Of a DNA stretch of 64,000 nucleotides, positions 25,048 to 33,219 are shown one piece after another; the first letter of the stretch is position 1; each line of letters starts with the position of its first letter. The notes under the pieces were generated by a model. That model was not told where the DNA came from, did not search any database, and was given only the letters and a program-made list of their open reading frames with translations. Source of the stretch: Candidatus Angelobacter sp. (GTDB lineage Bacteria > Acidobacteriota > Terriglobia > Terriglobales > Acidobacteriaceae). The DNA lies in contig DATFQZ010000218.1 of NCBI GenBank assembly GCA_035263765.1, positions 56-64,055 on the forward strand. Direction: 5' to 3'. Both the position numbers and the translations under genes were made by a program.

Positions 25048-26928
25048 ATGGCATTGGAAGCCCACCCCGGCAAGCTCCGCGTTGATCTTGACCGCTACGA
25101 ACTCACGGTGGACGGCAAGCGGGTAAAGCTGGAGCGCCAGCCCATGGACCTTCTGATCCTTTTTGTCCAGAAGCGTGGCGAACTGGTCACTCGCGAAGAG
25201 ATCATCGACAAGCTATGGGGCAAAGATGTCTTCGTAGATGTCGACCGAGGCATCAACAGCGCAGTGCGCAAGATCCGCACCGCCCTCGGCGACGACCCCG
25301 CTAACCCGCATTGTTTGGAAACCGTCGTCGGCAAAGGCTATCGCTTCATTGGCGAGATCGAGGCTATCGGACTGCCGGAAGAGGGCAAGCCGAGCCTGGC
25401 GGCAGCCGTAGCACGTCCGAGACGCATAGGGCGCGGGCTCGTGGCATCTCTCGCACTTTCTGCTGTGGTGGCGGCCGCGGTTTGGGCCTGGCTACGCTGG
25501 CGCCAGAGCACGGTCTCTGCCTCCGCTCCGATCCGTTCCATTGCCGTTTTGCCCCTGGCCAATCTCTCTGGCGATGCCGCGCAAGAATACTTCGCTGACG
25601 GCATGACGGACGAACTCACGACTGATCTGGCAAAGATCAGCGCCCTGCGTGTCACCTCGCGCACCTCCGCCATGCGTTACCGCGACGCGCGCGGACCGGT
25701 CCAGCAGATCGCCCAGGAGCTGAAGGTGGATGCAATCATCGAAGGTTCGGTCGCACGCTCCGGAAATCGTGTGCGCATTACAGCGCAGTTGATTGACGCC
25801 CGCAACGACCGCCATTTGTGGGCGGAGAGTTATGAGCGCGATCTCAAGGACGTTCTCGACGTGCAAAACACGGTAGCTCTGGAAATCGCTCACCAGGTGC
25901 GGGCGACGCTGACGCCGGCTGAGCGCGAGCTGCTGGCCGCGCACAGCACCGTAGTCCCCGAGGCCTATGATGCTTACCTCCGCGGCCGCAAGGAGCTCGG
26001 CAAGCAACGGCAGGAGGCTCTACGCAAAGGGCTCGAGTACTTCCAGCAAGCCATTACGCTCGACCGTCTGTACGCTCCTGCTTACGCAGGGCTCGCCGAT
26101 TCCTACAGCCTGCTGGTCAACTACAGCGCCTTGCCTCCCCTGGAGGGATTTCCCAAGGCCAAGGCAGCCGCGCTCAAAGCATTGGAACTCGACCACAACC
26201 TTGCCGAGGCCCACAACGCCCTGGCGTATGTGAAATATCACTTCGATTTGGACTGGGCGGGTGCGGAGGAGGAATACAAGCTTTCAATTCAGCTCGATGC
26301 CAGCAATGCAGTTACGCACCTTCGCTACGCAGAGCTCCTCTCCAACCTGGCTCGTCATGATGAAGCAATTCGCGAAGTCCGGCTGGCGCACGAATTGGCT
26401 CCGCTCTCCCTGGTGATTCAGTCCAACATCGGCCGCTTGCTCTACTACGCGCGGCGTTACGATGAAGCGATTCCCGAATTGCAGCAGATCCTGGCCGCCG
26501 ATCCGCACCGTGTTTTTTCGCGTGTGCATCTCGCCAAATGCTACGAGGAGAAGCGCATGTACCCGGAGTCCTTGGCGGAGATGGAAAAGGTCCGGGCAGA
26601 GTTCAATGGCCAGGAAGGTATTGGGGAAGCCCACTTGTATGCCGTCCTGGGACGAGTCCAAGATGCTCGCCGGGTTCTGAAATACCAGGAGCAACCGCCG
26701 CCCGACGGCGCCCAGAATTGGCAGTGGATCGCCGGAGTGTATGCGGCGCTGGGCGACAAGGACCGCGCGTTTCAGTGGCTCGATCAGGCATACCAGAACC
26801 GAGACTTCTTCCTGACCTTCATTAAGACTGATCCTGCCATGGATCCGCTGCGGTCCGATCCGCGCTTCGCTGCGATGTTGAAGAAGATTGGCTTCCCGGA
26901 AGCAAAGCAATTGGCAAATAGCAACTAG
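25048..26928 (+). CDS. membrane-anchored winged-helix (OmpR/PhoB-type, CadC/ToxR-like) transcriptional regulator with TolB-like and TPR sensor domains
   Basis: N-terminal trans_reg_C-like 'YELTVDGKRVKLERQPMDLLILFVQKRGELVTREEIIDKLWG...GKGYRFIG'. One TM helix 'LVASLALSAVVAAAVWAWL'. 'IAVLPLANLSGDAAQEYFADGMTDELTTDL' TolB-N-like segment, then multiple TPR-like repeats. Confidence 0.85.
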   Translation: MALEAHPGKLRVDLDRYELTVDGKRVKLERQPMDLLILFVQKRGELVTREEIIDKLWGKDVFVDVDRGINSAVRKIRTALGDDPANPHCLETVVGKGYRFIGEIEAIGLPEEGKPSLAAAVARPRRIGRGLVASLALSAVVAAAVWAWLRWRQSTVSASAPIRSIAVLPLANLSGDAAQEYFADGMTDELTTDLAKISALRVTSRTSAMRYRDARGPVQQIAQELKVDAIIEGSVARSGNRVRITAQLIDARNDRHLWAESYERDLKDVLDVQNTVALEIAHQVRATLTPAERELLAAHSTVVPEAYDAYLRGRKELGKQRQEALRKGLEYFQQAITLDRLYAPAYAGLADSYSLLVNYSALPPLEGFPKAKAAALKALELDHNLAEAHNALAYVKYHFDLDWAGAEEEYKLSIQLDASNAVTHLRYAELLSNLARHDEAIREVRLAHELAPLSLVIQSNIGRLLYYARRYDEAIPELQQILAADPHRVFSRVHLAKCYEEKRMYPESLAEMEKVRAEFNGQEGIGEAHLYAVLGRVQDARRVLKYQEQPPPDGAQNWQWIAGVYAALGDKDRAFQWLDQAYQNRDFFLTFIKTDPAMDPLRSDPRFAAMLKKIGFPEAKQLANSN

Positions 26929-27030
26929 CAATTGGCACGGCTAAAGCTCGCCCCACGACAAACCTGCTTGAACGAAATTGCTTGAGATCTGCTTTAGCTG
27001 GGCTAATTGCTAACGGCTAGTTGCTATTTG
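26908..27030. repeat. palindromic element built from phased heptamers (CAAnTRG)n / (CYAnTTG)n; probable bidirectional terminator
   Basis: Left arm 'caattgg caaatag caactag caattgg' (26908-26935, includes the regulator stop codon). Right arm 'ctaattg ctaacgg ctagttg ctatttg' (27003-27030). The arms are reverse complements apart from one extra unit and flank 'gctaaagc...gctttagc'. Confidence 0.75.
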
Positions 27031-27031
27031 C

Positions 27032-28273
27032 TCATTCGTACCGCAGCGCCTCAATCGGATCGAGCCGGGACGCTTTGATCGCTGGCAGCATGCCGCTCAC
27101 GATGCCCACCAGCCCCAGAATCCCGGTAGAGACCACAAGATTCACAGGCGAAATCAACAAATGGATATCACCCGCTTCGGCGTTCTTGGCGATCACGCTA
27201 TAGAGAGGAATCGATCCCACAGCAAACGAGATCGCGTACGCGGCAAGAATACCCAGCATTCCTCCTGCAAAGGTAATGGCCAAAGCCTCGGCCAGGAACT
27301 GAAACAGAATGTCACGGCGGCGCGCGCCCAAAGCTTTTTCCACGCCGATCTCGCGGGTGCGTTGCGTGACCGATACCAGCATGATGTTCATGAGTCCCAC
27401 GCCGCCGATACCCAGCGTCAGGGTGCCGATGAAGGACAGCAGAACCTGCAGCGCCATGGTGATGATCGTCCAGTTGTTGACGTTCTTCATGGCGTTCCAG
27501 ATGAACACTGCCCGCTGGTCTTTGGGGTTAAAGCCGTGCACGCCGGCGAGCACGCTGCGGAGGTTATCTTCGAGCTTCTCGTACTCTGTGCCTTCGTAGC
27601 CGACCCAGATCCCGTCCAGGTATTGGGTATCTTTCAAATTGCCGGCAGCGCTGAAGGGAATGTAAATGATCTTGTTGATGTCGTCGTCGCCCTCCTGCAT
27701 CTTGGGCGTAAGTACGCCGATCACGTCAAAGCTCACGCCTTTGATGCGGATGCTCTCGCCTACAGCCGGCGTGCCGGAGAAAAGTTTGGTCTTGGCGTCA
27801 GAGCCGATCACGGCGACCCGGGAGCGCTGGATTTCGTCTTCCGGCGTGAAAAACCTTCCGCTCTCTACCTCGATGGCGCGGATGTACTGGATCTGCGAGT
27901 AAAAGCCGCTTACGGGAAGCGTGTAGGAGCGGTTTTCACGCTGCACGGTCGCATCCAAACTGGCTTCCGGCGAGATGTGGCGGACGAGAGGCACTGCGTC
28001 TTGGATGTGCTGCAGGTCGTCCAGCGTAAAACGCGTTTGGACACCGGCCTTCATGCCGCCCGCCTGCATGGAGCTTCGCCCGGGGAAAATGCCCATCATC
28101 TGAATGCCAAAGTTGGCAAAGATGTTGTGGATGGCGCGCCCGAAACCCGCACCATACGCCAGCAGTAGCACCACCGTGGCGATGCCCCAGGCCATGCCCA
28201 GCATGGTCAGGGCCGCACGGCGGCGGTTGTGTCGCAGCGCGGCATAGGCTTGTCCCAGCAGGTCGTGAACCAT
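27032..28273 (-). CDS. ABC transporter permease, MacB-like periplasmic core + FtsX domain (type A)
   Basis: N-terminal TM 'AALTMLGMAWGIATVVLLLAYG', large periplasmic domain, three C-terminal TM helices, terminal 'MLPAIKASRLDPIEALRYE'. Confidence 0.9.
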   Translation of the reverse strand: MVHDLLGQAYAALRHNRRRAALTMLGMAWGIATVVLLLAYGAGFGRAIHNIFANFGIQMMGIFPGRSSMQAGGMKAGVQTRFTLDDLQHIQDAVPLVRHISPEASLDATVQRENRSYTLPVSGFYSQIQYIRAIEVESGRFFTPEDEIQRSRVAVIGSDAKTKLFSGTPAVGESIRIKGVSFDVIGVLTPKMQEGDDDINKIIYIPFSAAGNLKDTQYLDGIWVGYEGTEYEKLEDNLRSVLAGVHGFNPKDQRAVFIWNAMKNVNNWTIITMALQVLLSFIGTLTLGIGGVGLMNIMLVSVTQRTREIGVEKALGARRRDILFQFLAEALAITFAGGMLGILAAYAISFAVGSIPLYSVIAKNAEAGDIHLLISPVNLVVSTGILGLVGIVSGMLPAIKASRLDPIEALRYE

Positions 28274-28275
28274 GG

Positions 28276-29523
28276 CTACTCCTTCCTCAACGCTTCCACC
28301 GGCGGAAGTAACGCGGCCTTCCGCGCTGGATACAGTCCGGCCACAATCCCGGCGACAGAAAGTGACAGTACAGCCAGGGCCGCTGAAGCCGGCACGATGT
28401 GCGGCGGATCGATCCAGTTGGGCGACTGGAAATTCCCCATCAAAGCCATCAGGCCGCCGGCCCCGCCCACACCCAGGCCCCCGCTCAACGCTGTGAGAAA
28501 TGCCCCTTCCAGGAAAAACTGCAAAAGGATGCTTCGGTTGGTGGCGCCGAGCGCCTTCATCAGCCCGATCTCCTTTGTGCGTTCGGTCACCGAGACCAGC
28601 ATGATGTTGATAATGCCGATAGCGCCCAGCATCAACGTGACCATGCCCACGCCTCCCAGGAAAACGTCCATGGCAGTAAAAATCTTCCCTACTGTCTCCG
28701 CGCTTTTGATCGTGTCCCAGCCTTCGAAAGCCTCGATGTTGCTGGGATCGAAGCCGTGATTGCGGGCGATGATCCTGTGCACCTGGTCAATCGCGGATGC
28801 ATGCTGTTCCCGGCTGACAGGCTGCAAGTTCATGGCGCCAATGTCATCGGTGGTGTGCTCCGTCTTCATCGGAAAAAACATGCGCATGGTGCTGAAGGGC
28901 ATGTACAGGCGCATGTTATTGAAGTTGTTTTCCTGACGCCCGATCTTGCCGAGCACCCCCACAACTTCAAAGCGTACTCCGTTGATGGTGATGAAGCTGC
29001 CGATAGCCGGCCGCCCGGGAAACAGATTCTTCATCATCTGCCAGCCAAGCACGCATACCGTGCGGCGCTGTGCTTCATCGGCGTCATTCAACCAGCGCCC
29101 CTCTCCCAAAGGCAGATAGCGAATGTTGGCATAGGTGGGAGTGCTGCCAGTGACGGCCATGCTGGAATTGGCAAAGTCGCTCACCGCGCGCAGGTCGCCG
29201 CGGTTGATGATGGGCACTACGTCCTTCACCAGCGTAGCTTCTTTCTTGATGTCGAGATAATCCTGGTAGGTGAGGAAATACTGACGCATACTTTGGTGCT
29301 GGCCTGGCACCGCCGGAATCTGCCCACCCCAGATAAAGATGATGTCCTGGCCGATGCTCGCCATATTCTTTTGTTGGCCGGAACGAAAGCCCTCGCCCAG
29401 ACCAATCAACATCAATAGCGAACCGACGCCCCAGGCGACGCCGAACATGGTCAAAAACGAGCGCAGCTTGTGCGCCCACAGTGTCTTCAGCACCTGCCCG
29501 ATGATGTCTAAGACCATTCGCAT
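28276..29523 (-). CDS. ABC transporter permease, MacB-like periplasmic core + FtsX domain (type B)
   Basis: 'MRMVLDIIGQVLKTLWAHKLRSFLTMFGVAWGVGSLL...' and terminal 'LYPARKAALLPPVEALRKE'. Gap of 2 bp to the downstream gene. Confidence 0.9.
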   Translation of the reverse strand: MRMVLDIIGQVLKTLWAHKLRSFLTMFGVAWGVGSLLMLIGLGEGFRSGQQKNMASIGQDIIFIWGGQIPAVPGQHQSMRQYFLTYQDYLDIKKEATLVKDVVPIINRGDLRAVSDFANSSMAVTGSTPTYANIRYLPLGEGRWLNDADEAQRRTVCVLGWQMMKNLFPGRPAIGSFITINGVRFEVVGVLGKIGRQENNFNNMRLYMPFSTMRMFFPMKTEHTTDDIGAMNLQPVSREQHASAIDQVHRIIARNHGFDPSNIEAFEGWDTIKSAETVGKIFTAMDVFLGGVGMVTLMLGAIGIINIMLVSVTERTKEIGLMKALGATNRSILLQFFLEGAFLTALSGGLGVGGAGGLMALMGNFQSPNWIDPPHIVPASAALAVLSLSVAGIVAGLYPARKAALLPPVEALRKE

Positions 29524-29538
29524 GGGACCATCATTCCT

Positions 29539-30783
29539 TCATTCGTAGCGCAAGGCTTCAATTGGATCGAGCCGGGAAGCCCGGATTGCCGGCAGCATGC
29601 CGCTCACGATGCCGACAGCCATCAGGATTCCGGTGGAAACCACGAGGTTCATCGGCGAGATGATGAGGCGTATATCGCCGGCGTCAGCATTCTTGGCGAT
29701 GGCGCTGTAGAGAGTCAGAGAGCCAGCAGACCAGGAGATAGTGTAAGCCAGAACAATCCCCAGCAATCCTCCGGCAAAAGTAATGGCCAGGGCTTCCGCC
29801 AGGAACTGGAACAGAATATCTCTGCGGCGCGCGCCTAGCGCCTTCTCTACGCCGATCTCCCGGGTGCGCTGCGACACCGCCACCAGCATGATGTTCATCA
29901 GGCCGATGCCGCCAATGCCCAAAGTCAGCGTACCGATGAAAGCCAGCAGTACTTGAAGGCCAAGAGTGATGATCTCAAACGTGTTGACCTGCTTCATCGC
30001 GTTATAGATGAATACGGCACGGCGGTCAGAGGGATTGAAGCTGTGAGCGCCGGCCAGCACGCCGCGGATGTTGGCTTCAATCCTCTCGTACTCCATGCTT
30101 TCATAATCTACCCAGATACCATCCAAGTATCGCGTATCCTTCAGGTCGCCCATGGTTACGAAGGGGATGTAAATGGAGCGATTGATATTGTCATCATCGC
30201 CCTCTTGCATTTTTGGCACGAGCACGCCGATGACCTCAAAACTCATCCCATTGATACGGATGTGCTCGCCCAAGGCATATTGCCCGGAAAAGAGCTTGGC
30301 CTTTGCCTCGGAGCCAATGACCGCCACGCGGGCACGTTGCATTTCATCTTCCGGATTATAAAAACGCCCTTCGTCGAGCTTGAGCGCACGGATGGACTGC
30401 ACGTTTGAGTTGAAGCCATCCACGGGGAACTGGAAAGACCGGTTGTCATACTGGATGTTGGCCCGTAAGAAAGCCGACGGGCTGATGTGGTGGACCAGTG
30501 CAACCATGCTGCCGATGCGGTCGACGTCGTCCATGGTGAAGCGGACTTCGGTACCCGCCTTGGCGCCTCCCGCCTGCAACGAAGTGCGTCCAGGAAAGAT
30601 ACCCATCACCTGCATGCCAAAATTGGAAAAGATATTGTGAATGGCGCGACCAAACCCAGCGCCATAGGCCAGCAGCAGGACCACGGTGGCGATACCCCAG
30701 GCCATGCCCAACATGGTAAGCGCCGTGCGCCGCCGGTTGTGCCGCATAGCCGAGTACGCCTGTCCCAGGAGATCGTGGACCAT
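29539..30783 (-). CDS. ABC transporter permease, MacB-like/FtsX (type A', paralog of 27032..28273)
   Basis: 54 of the first 60 residues are identical to 27032..28273 (hand count), with the same C-terminal 'ASRLDPIEALRYE'. Confidence 0.9.
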   Translation of the reverse strand: MVHDLLGQAYSAMRHNRRRTALTMLGMAWGIATVVLLLAYGAGFGRAIHNIFSNFGMQVMGIFPGRTSLQAGGAKAGTEVRFTMDDVDRIGSMVALVHHISPSAFLRANIQYDNRSFQFPVDGFNSNVQSIRALKLDEGRFYNPEDEMQRARVAVIGSEAKAKLFSGQYALGEHIRINGMSFEVIGVLVPKMQEGDDDNINRSIYIPFVTMGDLKDTRYLDGIWVDYESMEYERIEANIRGVLAGAHSFNPSDRRAVFIYNAMKQVNTFEIITLGLQVLLAFIGTLTLGIGGIGLMNIMLVAVSQRTREIGVEKALGARRRDILFQFLAEALAITFAGGLLGIVLAYTISWSAGSLTLYSAIAKNADAGDIRLIISPMNLVVSTGILMAVGIVSGMLPAIRASRLDPIEALRYE

Positions 30784-30787
30784 CTGC

Positions 30788-32035
30788 TCACTCTTTTCTC
30801 AAAGCTTCCACTGGGGGCAACATGGCAGCCTTCCGCGCCGGATACAGCCCCGCCACAATCCCCGCCAGCGACAGCGAACCCACCGCGAGCGCAGCCGACA
30901 TGGGTACCAGCCTGGGTGGATCAAAGCCCGGGGGCGCAGGCAGCAGCCCTAAGACGGACATAAACAACGCCGCAGCGCCAATGCCGATGCCGCCGCTCAA
31001 CACTGTGAGAAATGCGCCTTCAACGAAGAACTGCATGAGGATGCTGCGGTTGGTGGCGCCCAGGGCCTTCATCAAACCGATCTCACGGGTGCGCTCTGAT
31101 ACCGAAACCAGCATGATGTTAATGATGCCGATGGCGCCGAGCATCAAGGTAACCAGGCCCACGCCCCCTAGAAACATATCCATAGCCGTGAAGATCTTCC
31201 CGACCATCTCATGGCTCTGCACCGTGTCCCATCCCTCAAAGGCGTCCTTGTTGCGATGGTCAAAGCCGTGGTTGCGGGCAATGATCCGGTGCGCCTCCTC
31301 CACCGCCACGGCATGCTGGTCGGTAGTGACGGGCTGGATGTTCATGAACGATATGGCATCGATGGTGTCGGCATCCTTAATGGGGAAAAACAAACGCATG
31401 GTGTTGTAAGGAACGTAAACGCGAAAGTTGGTGGCGTTGTTCTCGTCCTTGCCCACGCTGGCCAGCACTCCGATGATTTCAAAGCGGACTCCGTTGAGCA
31501 GCACGGTGCTGGCGATCGCCGGACGCCCGGGGTAGAGATTGCGCGTCATCTCGAAGCCGAGCACTGCGACGTTCCTGCGTTGCTGGTCGTCGGCATCGTT
31601 CAACCAGCGACCTTGGCCCATGGGGAGCCAGCGTATCTCGTTGAAGTTGGCGTTCACCCCGATTACCTGCCCGTTGCTGGTGGCGAAGTCGCTCTGCGCC
31701 CGGATATCTCCGCGCGTCAGCACCGGCGAAACATTGCGCACATGCTTGCACTCCGCCCGGATGTCAAGGACGTCCTGGTAGGTCAGGTAGTATGGTTTCA
31801 TCCCCTGATGCTGCCCGGCCACGGCGGGGACTCTGCCTGGCCAGAGGAAGATAATGTCCTGCCCCATGGTGTCGAGCTGCCTCTTGTTGCCGGAGCGAAA
31901 GCCCTCACCCAATCCCACCAGCAACAGCAGTGAGCCCACTCCCCACGCAATACCGAACATGGTCAGGAAGGACCGTAGCTTGTGCGCCCACAGTGTCTTC
32001 AACACCTGCCCGATGATGTCTAAGGCCATTCGCAT
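30788..32035 (-). CDS. ABC transporter permease, MacB-like/FtsX (type B', paralog of 28276..29523)
   Basis: Start trimmed to ATG 32035 (MRMALDIIGQVLKTLWAHKLRSF), by homology to the type B N-terminus (48 of the first 60 residues identical, hand count). Terminal 'LYPARKAAMLPPVEALRKE'. Confidence 0.88.
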   Translation of the reverse strand: MRMALDIIGQVLKTLWAHKLRSFLTMFGIAWGVGSLLLLVGLGEGFRSGNKRQLDTMGQDIIFLWPGRVPAVAGQHQGMKPYYLTYQDVLDIRAECKHVRNVSPVLTRGDIRAQSDFATSNGQVIGVNANFNEIRWLPMGQGRWLNDADDQQRRNVAVLGFEMTRNLYPGRPAIASTVLLNGVRFEIIGVLASVGKDENNATNFRVYVPYNTMRLFFPIKDADTIDAISFMNIQPVTTDQHAVAVEEAHRIIARNHGFDHRNKDAFEGWDTVQSHEMVGKIFTAMDMFLGGVGLVTLMLGAIGIINIMLVSVSERTREIGLMKALGATNRSILMQFFVEGAFLTVLSGGIGIGAAALFMSVLGLLPAPPGFDPPRLVPMSAALAVGSLSLAGIVAGLYPARKAAMLPPVEALRKE

Positions 32036-32302
32036 CAGTCCCTTGCCAGATACGCAAGGAGCGCCGTTCCAGTTCCGATATTTAGACCGTGATCCAGCGG
32101 ATTCGTCACCCTTGGTGCGGGGCAAATGAACGATCGCGCCAAGAGTCGTGTCCAATCAACCGGGTGAGCCAATGCGAGGGCCGTGACAGCGCGAGCAATT
32201 GGCGAGGGCGTAGCAGTCCCGCCGAGCGGGATTGCAGAGCCATCTAATAAACGGACAAGAACGGCGGCATGCTAGATTATTAAGTTTTTCTCGAAATGCA
32301 TT

Positions 32303-32318
32303 TGTACTTTTGTACTTT
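32303..32318. promoter_or_regulatory. tandem octamer TGTACTTT x2 upstream of the hydrolase gene
   Basis: 'tgtacttt tgtacttt' lies about 24 bp upstream of GTG 32342, in the divergent region shared with the FtsX operon. Function unknown. Confidence 0.2.
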
Positions 32319-32341
32319 TCTCCAAGGGAGGGACATCGAGG

Positions 32342-33178
32342 GTGCCCAAGGTCAAAGTCAACGGAGTTGAGCTGTTTTACAAGGAGTCCGGGAGCGGGCC
32401 TGAAACCATCGTCTTTTCCCATGGCCTGCTGATGGATCACTCCATGTTTGAAGCCCAACGCGCGGCGTTTGAAGGGCGCTATCGAGTCATCGCCTACGAC
32501 CACCGTGGTCAAGGCCAGTCCCCGGATCCAGGCAGCGGCGGCAGCAAAAACAAAGACATGGAGACCCTCACCACCGATGCCGCCGCCCTCATCCAGGCTT
32601 TGGATGCGGCACCCTGCCATTTCGCCGGGCTGTCCATGGGAGGATTCATCGGCCTGCGGTTGGCGGCGCGCCGTCCCGCGCTCATCCGGACCCTCACCTT
32701 GATGAACACTGGCCCGGACCGGGAACCGTGGCCTGGCCGGGTACGCTATGCACTGCTGGCTAACCTGGTATGGATTGTCGGGGTGAAGCCATTCACCGGC
32801 ACCGCCATGAAGGCGTTGTTCGGCGCAACGACCCGCCGGAATCCTGCCCAGCGCGCGATGCTGGAGCAATGGCGAAACAAACTGCGAGAACATGCCCGCA
32901 ACATCGCCGCCGCCCTGACCGGGGTGATGGAACGGCGCGAAGTGACTCCAGACGAGTTGCGCTCCATCACCTGCCCCACGCTGATCATCACGGGTGAGGA
33001 AGATACGGCCCAGGCCCCGTTCCGCTCGGAACGTCTTGCGTCCTTTATCACAGGAGCACGGCTGGTTCGAGTCCCTGCTACCGGCCATTCGAGCTCGTTG
33101 GAAGCTCCGGATGCCGTGATCCAAGCCATGCGGGAACTGATACAGGACACTGGGACACGACGGCAGGTCGTGGGCTGA
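32342..33178 (+). CDS. alpha/beta-fold hydrolase
   Basis: 'VNGVELFYKESGSGPETIVFSHGLLMD', 'YDHRGQGQS', nucleophile elbow 'GLSMGG', C-terminal 'GHSSSLEAPD'. GTG start preceded by AAGGGAGGGA. Confidence 0.85.
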   Translation: MPKVKVNGVELFYKESGSGPETIVFSHGLLMDHSMFEAQRAAFEGRYRVIAYDHRGQGQSPDPGSGGSKNKDMETLTTDAAALIQALDAAPCHFAGLSMGGFIGLRLAARRPALIRTLTLMNTGPDREPWPGRVRYALLANLVWIVGVKPFTGTAMKALFGATTRRNPAQRAMLEQWRNKLREHARNIAAALTGVMERREVTPDELRSITCPTLIITGEEDTAQAPFRSERLASFITGARLVRVPATGHSSSLEAPDAVIQAMRELIQDTGTRRQVVG

Positions 33179-33203
33179 ACGCGACCAACCCGCTCTCACC
33201 CGA

Positions 33204-33212
33204 TGCTATAAT
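33204..33212 (+). promoter_or_regulatory. extended -10 promoter element TGcTATAAT, 7 nt upstream of ATG 33220 (possible leaderless mRNA)
   Basis: 'gaTGcTATAATccgggga ATG'. No spaced SD is present. The intergenic region after the hydrolase stop is 41 bp. Confidence 0.3.
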
Positions 33213-33219
33213 CCGGGGA

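Noticed and set aside
27161-29418. Long plus-strand ORFs 27161..28168 and 28399..29418 (and similar ones at 31211..31933, 59182..60183, 61653..62828, 48189..49079, 49341..50105)
   Set aside because: All are antisense shadows of strongly supported genes (FtsX permeases, tricorn, FDH, M14). None has family motifs.
32156-33199. 347-codon minus-strand ORF upstream of the FtsX operon (could have been the missing ATPase)
   Set aside because: It overlaps the well-supported alpha/beta hydrolase gene on the opposite strand. It has no Walker A/B or ABC signature and its composition is junk-like.
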